Shown piece by piece: positions 26,393 to 41,097 of a DNA stretch of 64,000 nt. The position numbers and the translations under genes are program-made. Under the pieces are notes generated by a model. It worked only from the letters and a program-made list of their open reading frames with translations. It was not told where the DNA came from and made no database searches. The stretch's first letter is position 1, and the number at the start of each line of letters is the position of its first letter. The stretch is from Lingula anatina (lineage: Eukaryota > Animalia > Brachiopoda). The stretch is from positions 5,464,954-5,528,953 of the forward strand of contig CM120644.1 of the NCBI GenBank assembly GCA_051362555.1, read 5' to 3'.

Positions 26393-28697
26393 CAGTACCG
26401 CCTGAAATTCCCCTTACCAAAAGGCGGCATGATCTCCCAAGCCTCCCCCGTATGGTCGAACAATAGAGGCCGCATGATAATTACAGGGTAGGGGAATCGG
26501 CAAGAAATCCTAATCGGACACCCAAATTAGTCGGTTCAACGAACACGCTCTGCTCCTTCTTAATTCCCTCACTTAAGTGTTCTATTATAGCTGATGCAAA
26601 GAGATTGCTATCGACCCGAGCAAACAATACTGGGTTATGTTGTATCAACTGCAACAGAAGACTAGAGTAAAGGCAGATCGAATATGAGAACAAAACTCTG
26701 AAGAACAAATCAGGCTTAGTTTTAAAACACGTATAACAATTTTATTTGACGTTCACTTGATGCTAATAAGTCACGATCAACACAACACGATCAACACAAA
26801 TGGATAATTTTAAATAGCTAATACATCAAATAAATATCAATGTCTCATTATCTTTATTACATGTGTTGCTAGTTTAGTAGCCTGATGCACGACCTTCTCT
26901 CTCGATTACCGCTGGAATCACCTTCTTTAGGTGATTAATATATGTATATATTATGTAATACATACGCAGACGTACATAATCGCTAAGAGGCATATTGGAA
27001 TTGTGAAGATTTGGAAAATTTGAGTGTCGATTTATACCGTTCATTAGGCAGGTGACACGATGACACAGAAATCAGTGACATAAACATGTCATATAACACA
27101 AAATACTTACTGGCCATTTAGGAAGTCCGGATACACAAACAACCCTACTGACACGTGTCAGTTGATTTAGAATTAGGTAAAATTTATTAGTTTGGATTGA
27201 AGAGCGTCATCGCAATGTTAACGTTAAATTTAGACGACGCTTAATCCCTGTGTTTACCCGGCATGAATAAAGCTAACCTGAACTGGATGTTAATTAATGT
27301 GAGATGACACGTGCCAAACAGTGAAGTTAGCCCGAGAGATTGTAATCCAGCTTTTTAAATTTATTTTCTTTAATGCTTTTAAGTATGAAGAAAGCTTTTG
27401 GTTAAGTTTGGAGTTTAGATCGTAAAGATGAACTATTCCTATCGTTTTGAATACATAGGTGCAGAGTTAATATCAAACAATGAAAGAGAAATAGTTGTAT
27501 CAAAATGTAGGCTAATTTCTTTAATAATATTTACGCGTGTTGAATTATAAGTCTAAGTCTAATTCGAAGCCATCATACAGACCGTTTAATGTATCTAGTT
27601 ATTTTTAAATGGGACATTTTAAAAGCAAGTGAGTTAGAAGCAGGCATCATTAAGTAATTCATGCACACCTCCATTTCCAAGTCCATGTGTGACACCACCG
27701 CCTCCTCCTCCTTTTCCAAGCCTCTGTGCGACACCCTTACCGTTTAGGTCTACATGTACAACTTTACCGCCGGTCACGTACGCACATCCTACTTTGTGTG
27801 ATACAGAACCAAGGAATCAGTCTTTCGGCCGGCCACCCGTCGCCTTGTCAAATAAAGACATATTTTTCATATTCGACAACGGGCCAGTTCCCTAGGCAAC
27901 TTTTGCGTTCAGTTAATGGGAAGATTGTTTACTATTTTGATGAACGAATACAAAAGGACAGAAATGTTACGGGTGTAGATGGATGAGATCCTATATGCAA
28001 ATATAAACTGAATTATATTAAAGATATGGCCTACAAAATGTTTATCAATCAAACAACGGACAAGTCTTTTTGGAAAAAATATGCATTTCATCCATGAACA
28101 AAGCTAATAGAAATATAAGGACCTTCTATAAAAATAAATTTCAATCGTGTTAATAATATGTATATAGCAAAGGCGGTTTGAAGCCTAATAAATATTACAT
28201 GTACAAGTACGAGTAGTGTTTTATTTGATCATTCGCAAATTCATAAATTCATTTATAAAACTCTATGTGAATTCAATCAATTCATAGCTACAATGTACAT
28301 GAAAGTTGCTTTCATCACCGAATCTTTTTGGTAAAGTGACTTTAAAAAATCACTGTTGTAAAGTTCTTATACTTAAGATCACCGTATCAGAGTAGAGTGA
28401 TCAAAGTAGAGTGAAGCCACCGCGCATTTAAGGCCAATTAACGCTTGGACACACACTTGATTGCGACCACGCTCAGCTTTGATCTTTATCTCATCGAGCT
28501 AGGGTTAAGCTGTAGGCTCTTTTGTTAGCAGAAAGTTTGTAACGATAATTACCCGAAGGGGCAGGGCATGGTACTATTGTTAACAGAAATCAAACAGCGC
28601 ATGGATGACAATGTTAGTTCAAAAGTTACCGAACCAGGCCGTCTGAACAACCTGCAGCGACCCGCAGGGTAAGTAAGGGGAATTTCAGGCGGCAGTG
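26393..28697. mobile_element. 2.3-kb non-autonomous TA-TSD TIR element (Tc1/mariner-type ends)
   Basis: TA|CAGTACCGCCTGAAATTCCCCTTAC ... GTAAGGGGAATTTCAGGCGGCAGTG|TA; no transposase recognised inside. Confidence 0.75.
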
Positions 28698-29720
28698 TAT
28701 GTTTGTAGTTTAGTTTCCATGTACCGTCCCTCACTTTCTCACGCTTTACTTTTTGTGTAGTTCCTTATTATATTTTAGTCATTTATTATTTACTATTTCA
28801 CAATTTTAAATGCATTTCTTTTTTAATTTTTAGTTTCACTACAGTGCAGTCAAAGGGATAATAATTCTTCGTATGAGATATATATTTCACAATAAAAACA
28901 TTGTGAATAACTCATAGAAATATAATATATTCTGTTTTACCACAAAAACGGCAGTTATAGCTATTATTCTGATATCTGAGCTTGTCTTTAGATCACGTGA
29001 CCTCAATTGATGGCTATACTTTGTTAAAATCTCTTAAGAGATTTTAACAAAAAACCAAACTTTTTTTAGAAAAAAAGAGATTTACTCGAAAGGAATTTAA
29101 AAATTCATTGGTGTTATTACCTTATCATGTCTTACCTTTCGTATCAACACGTCACAAAAATTTAATTTTCACATCTTTAAATTGAACTTTTTTTATATCT
29201 GTAGATTTTAAATTGAACCCCCTTGTGACGATGCCAACCTCAGTAAGGCAGATATATTATAAAACATTTTTTTACGTCAAATGTATTGCTAGTAACATTC
29301 ATAATATCGCCGAAAGAGAAGACGTAGAAGTTTAAACAAGAATAAAGTAAATTTATTTGCACTTATTTTCAATATATATATAGGTGAAGAAAAAAAAATG
29401 AATATGATGTTAAAGTCTAGATATTTTGTCCTCAGCTTCAAGGATATTTTTCACAGTGCATGGTAACGAAGGTTTTGAATATTCACAAGCTTTATGTGGA
29501 TGTTCTGTAAAGAAGATCACGTTTAGATATTAAATAAGGCACATCTATTGGTATAGCAGCATCTTTCAGAGTTTGTTATTCATTTAAATTAAAAGGCACA
29601 ACTAGTAAGTCATTTGATTGTATCACTTATTATATCTTGTATTATCCAAAATAATTGCTTAAGTTAAATATATAAATTTATGTGCACATTATCTGCAGCT
29701 ACATGCGAATGTATTTGCCG

Positions 29721-29751
<31 letters not shown>

Positions 29752-31146
29752 AAAAAACAGATTTTACTGAACGTCCTGCATATAATTGTACTTTGTTTAT
29801 TAATCGTTTTGATTAAAAGGATATGATTAGTTTTTCATATCTTAAATTATGTATCAATTAATCAATACATTTGTTTCGTAAATGGAACCCATAGATCTTT
29901 ATTTCTTGTTTGCACATCAGCTATTTATTTCAGAATATGGATTAGGCACCCATCAATAGATAAAACAATTGAATGGAAAGCAAAGAAATTGTTTTTAATG
30001 TCTGGTAAAAGGAGAGTTGATCTCGTAATATGGATATGCTGAGCATAGCGCCAAGTCTAGGTCATCGATCCTGGCTTTCAAAATTAGACCATTTTCTTCT
30101 TCGTTTACACTTCACTGCTCCAGGAAAGATATCAGCCTAAAAATGCCATTCACTTTCGGTCCACTGGTCATAAGTGGTGAGGCCAAGGCTCTACTCTCTT
30201 CACGATTTTCTTTGGAGTTAACGTTGGCACACAAAAGTGCAGTGAGACCAAGGCCCTTCTCTCTTCGCGATTTTCTTTGCAGTGAACGGTGGCACCTAAA
30301 AGAGACATTCTGGGTATGCACAGAAAGAAAACTGAGTAAATTTAGTTTCTGACAGGCTAAAGGAAGCAAGTTTGATTATTATCTAATGTATGTATCAGCA
30401 AATCGTTAAGCCTTGGACGTGGAGTAGGTTTATTGTGAATTATAAAAACTGGGAACTGAGGAATTCTGCTCAAAGAATTACCATATTTCTTTAAAAAAAG
30501 CCCGGATAAAAAGCAGCCCGAAGTGACAAATTTCAATTAAATGCAAAATGTCATCAAAATTAATCCACCACACCTATCATGCTTAATTATCTTTCTAAAC
30601 ACATCTAAATCTCATCTTTAAAGCCCTAAATTAAACCTTTTTAGTTATGCATGCTAACTTTAAAAAAGCTCCGCAGGGAAAGGGGTCAGGAGAAAATTAT
30701 TTTATTTCATCCAAAATGTTGGCAAAACCATTTTAACATACCTTTTGATGAATACAAAATTGACAAACACACACTTAATGGATATCATATTGTTAGTTGG
30801 ATATACATTTAATACAAAACAATCTTAGATTTCATTGTTTCATCTTTAACTTATACATGTATAACTCACCCTTGACCTTTCTGCTAAAATTCAAAATGAA
30901 CAAACAATTACAAAGCAGGTGGCTGAAAATGTACATAATTCAAAACAAGACTTAAGTTCTTATTATCTTTATATTGAGGCTGTAATACAGAGAGTATAGT
31001 AGATTTACTAAGCGTGCCACATTTAGGCCCGCGGATTAAATGGTTTGGGTCATACTATAAAGGGTATTTTAGTCAACAATTAAGAAAGAAATATTTTTGT
31101 GAAACAGGCCCCATCAGGTATGCAATTATACACACGTAGGACCTAC

Positions 31147-31254
31147 CTGTGTTGCAAGTGTCTCCCCTAAATTGATCAGGACAAACGCACTGGAAATAAT
31201 CACCATCTTCAGTGTACGTCCCTCCATTTAAGCACGGCTGGGAATCGCAGGGAG
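31147..31254 (-). CDS. EGF exon of secreted EGF gene copy B (third Cys replaced by Tyr)
   Basis: 108-bp phase 1-1 exon PCDSQPCLNGGTYTEDGDYFQCVCPDQFRGDTCNT with ttccag / GTAGG boundaries. Confidence 0.75.
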
Positions 31255-33038
31255 CTGGAAAAGATATTTGCTTATACATGTAAATCTTCCAATATAAATT
31301 TACTTTCGGGTCTGACAAGATGTCCTATAGTGATAATCCACGTGAGGCGGGGTTAAAATGAAATTTGCAGGAGCATAGTACAAGGTTTTGGTTGTCTATT
31401 AGGTTAATATGACTTGATACTGTCGTTTTTAAATTACAGAAAGGACAAATTGACATGATCATTTTTGATTTGGTATATATCTGTAGTTGAACATAATGTG
31501 TGGCAGTGTATTTTCTTGATAGCATTATATGTGCCATCCTCATCGTCTTAACTACTGGTAAAACAGTGTACTTATATGTCTGGCAAAGAATAACAACGGA
31601 TGTAGTCATCCAAGTATGCTAGGACAACTTAAAAGCTAGAAACGCAATATTCCATGCCGTAATCGAAAGGCCAGAAAACTCGAGAATAAGCGTGAGATAA
31701 GGGTTTAAATTTTAACAATTTTATACTTGGAAAATTATAATAACTGAAACCCAATGCATGGTGAATTAGTGCGTTTGTGCATTAGATATAATTGAAGTTA
31801 AAGCAACCAAAAAATACTTTTGTATAACTAATGTCTACATTCATCGTTGTCGCACCATTCTTGCTGATACCAATCTCGCTGATCTGCCTTATTTTTACCC
31901 AGCTCTCCTACCAATTTCCGTTTAAGCTTAACCTAGACAATCCCCGTATTTTCTTATTTCTATTTAGGGATGTATATTTAAATACAAACAAATGTGCACA
32001 CAAATACTGTACGTGATAAAATAGTAACAAAGTAATGATTTATGTAACGCCAGTGAAAGTTGCCAGCTGTACGTAAGCTGTCAGTCAAAAGCATAACTCT
32101 GTTCTTTCTGAACAATTTATACCTCCTAACCAATAAGAAGGTATGTGTTTATGGTAAGGAAGCTTATATGACCTTGGCGTTTTTCACGGGACTGACTTGA
32201 CTTCTGAGCTGTATTCATTCGCGCTCTCTAAAGGTTATTGAAACCCTTTATTATCATAAAATAATGGTAATGAGTTTTAACTGCATCTAATTATACAATA
32301 ATGCATCTATCTTTGTGCTGATTCAAAACAATGAAAAAGTCCTCAAACATATAAAATATGGGAGTTTTTATTTATCTATTATTATATATATATTTTTGTT
32401 GTTGTTGTTGCAATATATGTATAAGCATAGCCAACTCAAAATTTCCTCTTAAAGTAAGGCTATAAGGTCACAAGTCAGTGGACTTCTTCCATCGGCTGGT
32501 CAACTTACCACACTGATAAGTAAAATGATCCAGTTTAAATATCCAATTCATGACATGTTGACAAGTACTGTGAAGTTAAAGACCCAAAAGACATTTCTTT
32601 GCGACATTTGGAGTCCATAACAACCCTAGTATTTTACACTCGCTAAAATGGAACACGAACGCGAACTTTCCGGTCACATCTTATGGACTATTATCAGTGG
32701 CTGTTTTGGTTTGTTCTAACTTTAAAGTTCTGAAACATGTTGCCAAATCTCCGAACTTGCTAGTACATATATTGTCATTCAGATTCCTTTGTCTGATCTC
32801 TGCGCACTTTCTCTTCTTTTCTCTTCTAGGGGCTTTAATGATTTAATAATTGTAATTGTTAGACATTAACACATAGATGTCTAATACATTAATTTAATAC
32901 TCGGGCATCCCGTATAATTAAAAATTTAGCAATTTCTCCTGGTAGTAAAAGATAATGTATTAATTGCCTTTTCTCCTGGTAGCAAAATATGATAAATAAA
33001 CTGATAATATTTTATGCCCGCCTAACCCCTATACTTAC

Positions 33039-33114
33039 AATCTGCGGCAGCCTGAATGACAAATGCACACGCCATCAAAGTCAAAACAAGGTGCGGGCTG
33101 AACAACAATTCCAT
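33039..33114 (-). CDS. Signal-peptide exon of EGF gene copy B
   Basis: MELLFSPHLVLTLMACAFVIQAAAD, phase-1 GTAAGT donor; near-identical to 42939-43017. Confidence 0.8.
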
Positions 33115-34279
33115 CACAGATATGCTGATTTGGAAATGCTCTCTTTCTGTTGTTTATGCTAGAATAAAATATGATACTCTGAAGCACATACAATTCTTGA
33201 AATTTTACATCAAAACAAACAAGCAACTAAATTTTTCAAAAAGCGACGTCACTGATTCGGCTGATCTGAAACAATGCAACTATGATTATTTGACAAGAAC
33301 AAATTGCTTGAATTTCAAATTTCAAATTTCAGTAATTTAGCGACTAAAATTTGGAAAAGAAAATACAGAAAATTCTATTAATCACCATCTTTTATCCGAA
33401 ATAACATCAGGAATAAGTGGCGAATTATCTTAAATGTCTTTTACCGTTTTAGGAAATGCCAAAAATGAAAAACAAAGCTAAAAGACAAACATTGCAAGAG
33501 AAAGTTTCATATTATTTTAATTATTTAATGCTGAGTGACTTTTATGGAGCAATTTAGTTAATTCAGTCTTGCTTGATGTATGGCTCTACAAATAAGATCA
33601 ATACACCGGCATGCTTGTAGGACAGATCCACTGGGAAAATAGAAAATGAACCTTTCAGTAGAAAATGCTTCTTTATTAAACATGGAAACACTTTTGAAAT
33701 ACTCTGCAGTTTGACGGTATATCATGGAACTTTATCTGTTGTTAATCTGTATTGAAATTCGGAATTACGTAAATAAGACTAATATCCACTAAAATTTAAT
33801 AATTCATTCAAAGTAGCGACAAACCTTATGAACAGACCCTTTTAAATAATAACATTTATTAATCATGATCATTATATGTTTTATAAATTTTGAATTATAT
33901 ATTTATTCATTTCATATTTTATATCACAGTATTATTTATTACTTTGTAAAGCCTACTAAACATTTAAAATGGATTTTTGACTTCATATGTTAAACATTTA
34001 ACAATTTATTTTTATTTTAATATCATTATTACTTTGTCTTTTAATACAGGTTGTTGGGAGCCATGAAGTAAGTGCCTATTACAATGTATGCTGTAGGTCA
34101 GCAGTCTCACCTAACTCTATATAGTTGATAATAAAGCGTAACAAAAGAGTCACACATATGCATTAAGGTATACAGGAAACTAGACGATTTTCTGCTCATG
34201 ATGTACACGTGATCTTGACTGTGAATGTAAATTGGACATTGTACTTATGAAAAGAGTGCTTTATGCAGATAAAACTTAC

Positions 34280-34406
34280 CTTGATTGTTCGGACTGAAGT
34301 CTGATCCAGCAATGAGACGTTCCAGAACAGCTAATGTTCACATATATACTGTCACTGTCAATGTTCACATATGATGACTGAGGTGACACAAATAAAAGTA
34401 TCCAAT
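34280..34406 (-). promoter_or_regulatory. Promoter and non-coding first exon of EGF gene copy B
   Basis: CCAAT, TATATAT, TCATT and AAG/GTAAGT, as in copies A and C. Confidence 0.6.
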
Positions 34407-34697
34407 CACAACCATTCTTAATATAGTCATATATCAGTATGTTTACTTTTAACGATATAGCTCTATGCAAATGATATACTTTAACCAACTTGTTTTGATC
34501 AGGGGTTAAGAAGGCGCATTCAAGCGCATACTGCTTGGATTAAAGACTTTTTTTATGGAGCACTACTTTGAATAACGATGGCGAAACGATCATTGCATCT
34601 GATTCGCTCTTTCTACCTTGCATTAATGTCGGAATGGGTTGATACGGTTTCTTTATAACCTCCTCTTTTCTCTCTCTCTCTCTTTCTCTCTCTCTCT

Positions 34698-34732
<35 letters not shown>

Positions 34733-34735
<3 letters not shown>

Positions 34736-35856
34736 GGTGCACATCTTTACATAAAACATTTTCCAATATTTGCAGTTTACCCTTATAGATAGATGAAACT
34801 GCTAAAAACAAAACATTGATTGAACTGGAATGTGGGTAAATGCACTTAATTGTTTAGTCCCATTTCAAAATTCTCAACACAGCTCACTTGCGACCTGACA
34901 AATATATTCAACATTATTTTTATCGGCCATTATGAATACATGAGGATATAATCCCAACACAAATATCATTGAGATTATGTGGCAACTCACTCAGGCGAAC
35001 ACTAGCCTTATCCCAATGTAGGACTATAGGATACTGGCCAAAATCCCATCGGGTCCAATGAGACATATATCCAATATATGAAGGACGTTCAATAGAATTC
35101 CGATAGATACCTATGGGACGTTCTTTCAGAAGTTTTCGTAGCTATCTCCCTTCACGTTTGATTTGGACTCTGGAACACACTACCAGAGACCCATCTACTG
35201 ATATTGCAAAATCGCTTGAAGGTACTTGAGCAATATTTGAGACTGCTAATACAACTCGACTATATCATCCAACTGGGCTCTGGTAGCAAATAGGTGGACC
35301 CCAGTTTCAGAGGCTTCAAAACAATCTAGAAACTAAAACTAAAATTTGAATGGCAAATTTACCTTCTAGGAGGATGCCATCTAAATTGGTCACAGAATTA
35401 TTTTTCACCAGATATTCACAGATTTGTTTATGTATAATTCCTGACATAATTCTCTGTCATTATGTACGCATTATTCACCGGTGGCCCTGTTCTTAAGCAT
35501 TGTTTCAAGTTCTGGCCTATGATCAATTTAAGATAAAACGCACCTTGTCAACGTCAACCAAACCACCCTAATGGCTAATTATTATTATTATTATTGTTGT
35601 TGTTGTTGGGTCTTAGCTTAGTTGAACTGATAATCACCGCCACCTCGGACTGTTGTTTTGAACCACTGTTTCAAGGCCTGTTTCATAGGTCAGAAAAAGC
35701 AGAAGCATTTTACCCACGTCAACTTAACCACCAACATTGATAATGATATTTTTTATAATTATTATTGAGGTGTTATGCTAGTATGGTTTATCGCTTGGCT
35801 GCTTGTTTGGAGCAGAATTAATTTTTACCTCTCTCTCTCACTCTCTCTCGTTCTCA

Positions 35857-35887
<31 letters not shown>

Positions 35888-36304
35888 ACTCTCTCTCTCT
35901 CTCTCACACACACACACTCACACACACATAAAACATTTACCAATATTCGCAGTTTACCCTTATAGATAGGTGAAACTGCTAAAAACAAAACATTAATGGA
36001 AGGGCAATGTGGGCAAATACAATTAACTGTTAAGCACCATTTCACAATTCTCAACACAGCTGGCTTGTGTCCTGACACACAATATTCAACGTTATTTTAA
36101 GCGGCCATTATGTGTACATGAGGACAAAACACAACACAACACAAATCTAATTGAGATAATGTGGTAACTCAATGTGTGCCTACCCCCAATATAGGACCAA
36201 TAGGATACTGGCCAAAATCCCAAATGGTCCAATAAGACACATATCCTAGATATGAAGGACGTTCAACAAAATTCCTATAGAGACGAAAAGTTTATAACCT
36301 CCTC

Positions 36305-36382
<78 letters not shown>

Positions 36383-37480
36383 GGTGCACATCTTTACATA
36401 AAACATTTTCCAATATTTGCAGTTTACCCTTATAGAAAGATGAAACTGCTAAAAAAAAAACATGGATTGAACTAGAATGTGGGTAAATGCACTTAATTGT
36501 TTAGTCCCATTTCAAAATTCTCAACACAACTCACTTGCGACCTGACAAATATATTCAACATTATTTTTATCGGCCATTATGAATACATGAGGATATAATC
36601 CCAACACAAATATCATTGAGATTATGTGGCAACTCACTCAGGCGAACACTAGCCTTATCCCAATGTAGGACTATAGGATACTGGCCAAAATCCCATCGGG
36701 TCCAATGAGACATATATCCAACATATGAAGGACGTTCAATAGAATTCCGATAGATACCTATGGGACGTTCTTTCAGAAGTTTTCGTAGCTATCTCCCGTC
36801 CCTTGCGATTTGGACCCTGGAACCCCCTACCATCGATCCACCTACTGCTGTTGCAAAACCAGTTGAAGGCCCTTGGACAGATTTTGTGACTGTTAGCGCA
36901 CCTTGGCGACATCATCCATCTGGTCTCTGGTAGAAAAATAGGTGGACCCTAACCGCACGAAAACGCAGTAGATACTCCAGCGCAGTAGACTAATGCAATC
37001 ATACTGCAAACATGCCCCAAATCTGCTCCGCTTTGGAGCTAATAAGCATATTTGAAACATGCTTCTATCATGCTGCTAATCTACTGCATTAATGCTTCTC
37101 TCTGTACAAACCTTTGTACTTTTTGGAGTAGTATTGCAGTAGGCTATACTGCATTTCTAATGCAAATATGCTCCACACCACTACTGCGTTAATGCTTCTT
37201 GGCTACTTCGATACTACTACGTTTTCGTGCGGGTAGCTTCAGAAGCTTCAACTATAAGGTGTGTGACAAAACCATCTGCTGGGAGGATACCCTTTATCAT
37301 GTTAACAGATTAATATTTTCACCAGATATGTCAATGTATAATTCCTGAAATTATTCTCTACCGTAATGTACACGCAATTCATATACATGCTGTCTTGGCA
37401 AAGGGTTCATGGGGTTGTTATCAACCATTGTTTGAAGGCTGGTCCCATTGGTCAGATAAAGTGGTAGATTTCGGATGTGA

Positions 37481-37518
<38 letters not shown>

Positions 37519-37648
37519 TAGGCACATACATATATCTTCACATAAAACATTTACCAAGATTCGCAGTTTATCCTTATAGACAGGTGAAACTGCTGAAAAA
37601 CAAGACATTAACGAAACGGGAAATGTTTTGTGTCAAGATATACACCAC

Positions 37649-37684
<36 letters not shown>

Positions 37685-38946
37685 GAGGAAAGAGAGGGAG
37701 AGAGAGGGAGAGATGGATGCTGGAAATCGCCGGTAATTGTCAGTTAAACTAAGCTACTGTAAGACCCGACGATCCCTCCAGTGACTGAGTGATAAGCGAT
37801 AGAGAGATATAGTTTAGAAAAGGGAGCAGAACCACACACTTTTATCGTAAAGGCGAAGATTTTCAGTCAGTTAGAGTTTGTTTCTCAATCAAAACTTGTA
37901 TCACGTGTACAACAGCTGCAGACTGGACTTATGGATGTATCAAATTAATGGTGTATTGGAAATAATATTTTAGATACCAGTATTTAGTTCAAAGCTGGGT
38001 TGGCAGAGATCGTTTTATGAGGAATTTTAGATAGTTAATTGACAAATTCAAGGTGAAGTTCTGGTGATCACGCAAAAAGATAATGTATCAAAAACAAGTT
38101 AACAAGTGACCGATACTGAGAAATAGGACATAAATGTACTTAATTATACATATCAAAAGTGGTTGAGAACGCCTGCCACCCCATGTACCCTCTTCCAGAA
38201 CTGGACATGTACCTGTGCATTACGGAATATGATTGTGTTATGAATTAGACAAATATGTGAATATCTGGTGAAATATCAATCTGTTTCCATGTTAGACGGT
38301 ACATGTATGTTCCCAGCAGGTGGATTTGCCACACACCTTCGGGTCTGGAGGTTGTTTTGAAGCTTCTGAAGCTAAGGCCAACCTATGTTCTACCAGAGAC
38401 CAGATGGATGATGTCGTCAAGGTGTTCTGACACCCACAAAATCTGCCAAAGGCCCTTCAGCTGATTTTGGAGCAGGTAGATGGACCATCTAGTCGTAAGT
38501 AAAATGAGATCTCCTTACGAAATTTTCAAAAAGAATGTGTTCTAGAGCTCAGTGGAATTCTTGCCTAGGACATATGTCCCGTAGTAGCATATATAATTTT
38601 GCAAAATTACCTATAAGTTGAATAGTGGGGAAAGGGATATGTTATCCTGCTATATTTAGAGTTATACCATAACCTCATTCAGATTTGTTTGGAATTTGGC
38701 GTAATGTATTCAAAATGGCCGATTATAAATATTGTTGAAATATTTGTGTCAGGTCACAAGTCAGCTGTGTAGAGAAATATGAAGTGGGACAAAACAGTTA
38801 ATAGCATTTGCCCATATTCTCGTTCAATTAATGGCTTGTTTTTCAGCAGTTTCACCTTTCCATAAGGGTAAAACTGCGAATATTTCACTTTTCTACAAGG
38901 GTAAATTGTGTATATTAAAAAAATATTTTTGTCAACATATGTGTCA

Positions 38947-38991
<45 letters not shown>

Positions 38992-40173
38992 CATTCGTGC
39001 GTGTGTATGTGTGTGTGTGTGTGCATGGGTGTCCACTGAAAAATTTTCCCGGTGGGGGGGGGGGGGGGGGGGGTCAAAGACAATGAAGGGGGAGATGATG
39101 ATTGGCTGGGTACCAGCATTAAAAATGCAGTTCCGAAACCCCAGAGAGATTAAGTGACCCTACTGACCACCCCCCTGCGGACGCCCATGTGTGTGTGTGT
39201 GTGAGAGAGAGACAGAGATACAGAGCGAGAAACGGGGGTGGTGGCTGTAATTGTTATTTTGACAAAGAAAATGTAAGACCCGAAATGCAGTCCCATGACT
39301 GAGTGATGAAATATTGTATTAATTGAAAAATGTCAAAGTCATATGAAATTTGAGTTGATTGGTTAGTTTCTCAATCGAAAAATTTTATCACGTGTACAAC
39401 AACTGCAGACTGGACTTTTGGAATTATCCAATTAATGGTTTATTGGAAATAATATTTTAGATGTCAGTATTTAGTTCAAAGCTGGGTTGGCAGAGATCGT
39501 TTTATAAGGAATTTTAGATAGTTAATTGACTAATTCGAGGTGAAGTTCTGGTGATCACCCAAAAAGATAATTAATCAAAAACAAGTTAACACCCGACCGA
39601 TGCTGAGAAATAGGACATAACTGTACTTAATTATAAATATCAAAAGTGGTTGAGAATGCCTGTCCCCCCATGTACCCTCTTCCAGGACTGGGCATTAGTA
39701 ACATGTATCTGTGCATTGCGGAATATGATTGTGTTATGAATTAAACAAATCTATGAATATCTGGTGAAATATCAAAGAATGTGCTATACAGCCCCTACCT
39801 ATAGCAATTCTTGCCTAAGACATTTGTCTCTTAGAACCAAAATGGATTTTGCCCAATCACTGTTCCTGTAAGTTGTATAGCGGGGAGAGGTACATCTATG
39901 CTATTGTATTTTAATTGAGTTATTCCCATAACCTCACTCAGATTTGTTTTGGGATTTTGTTGTAATGTATTCATAATAGCCATTTATAAACATTGATAAT
40001 TTTTTTGTGTCTAGTCACAAGTCAGCTGTGTAGAGAAATGTGATATAGAACTAACAATTAAGTGCATTTTCCCACATTCCCGTTCAATCATGATGTTTTG
40101 CTTTGCAGCAGTTTCACTTACCTATAAAGGAAGACTGCGAATATTGAAAATGTCTTGCGTCAAGACATGTGCC

Positions 40174-40256
<83 letters not shown>

Positions 40257-41059
40257 TGGGTGATGGGAGGAGGAGGTAATAGTCAGTTAAAATTTAATCA
40301 GACCCGGCAAACTGTCCCTTGAGCAATGGGAGAGAGAAAAAGACAGAGAAAGAGAGAGAAAAGATGTAGAGGAGATGGCTGAGCCAGACACAATTTTAGT
40401 TCAATAAGTTAGTATGCGATTAAACCTTTGAAAGCCGCATTTCGTCATCGATGAAGGGGGTGGGGTGGGAGTAGGAGGGTGCGGTAAATATAAGTTTACA
40501 AATTAAATGAGGAGATGAAAAGGAAACAGATGGAGGGGAACGGACTGTGCTTCTGAGTTAGACAAACTAATGAGAGAGAGAGAGCGGTAACTATCAGTTA
40601 TACCAAATGTACGTTTTCCTTTTTCAGGTACATTTGTTTTCGAATAGTTCCACTTATCAGAGATAGAGAGATGGTGGGAGGTGGCGGTAATTGTCAGTTT
40701 AAGTAATATCATGTGGAGCAGGTAAAATGAGTGCTGAGCCAGACAAGCAGCCATGTGATTAATCAGATTAGTTTTATGCCTTTTTAATTTAAATTTACCA
40801 TGAGCCTCACTTCGATTTGTTTTGGTATTTTGTCGTCATGTATTGAACATGGCCCAAAATAAATATTGTTGAAATATATGTGTCGGGTCACAAGTCAGCT
40901 GTGTAGAGAAATATGAAATGGAACTAAATAGTTAAGTGCATTTACCCACATTCTCGTTCCATTATTGTCTTGTTTTTCAGTAGTTTCACCTTTCCATAAG
41001 GGCAATTTGCGAATATTGAAAAAATATTTGTGTCAATTTATTTGCCACTGTCTGTCTGT

Positions 41060-41097
<38 letters not shown>

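Larger units (their letters stand above)
29130..35650. repeat. Direct segmental duplicate of about 2500-17000 (EGF gene B versus C)
   Basis: Colinear blocks 2500-3560/29130-29550, 4535-5390/30915-31810, 10835-11300/33248-33700, 12503-12960/33700-34048, 14858-15480/34049-34600. Confidence 0.9.

Noticed and set aside
28568-30004. Putative two-exon plus-strand gene (MVLLLTEIKQRMDD... spliced to IWIRHPS...)
   Set aside because: The donor lies at the TIR of a mobile element, there is no recognisable homology, and the phase match can arise by chance
30170-30280. ~64-bp spaced direct repeat (gtgag.ccaaggc.ct.ctctcttc.cgattttcttt)
   Set aside because: Only two copies; a simple local duplication
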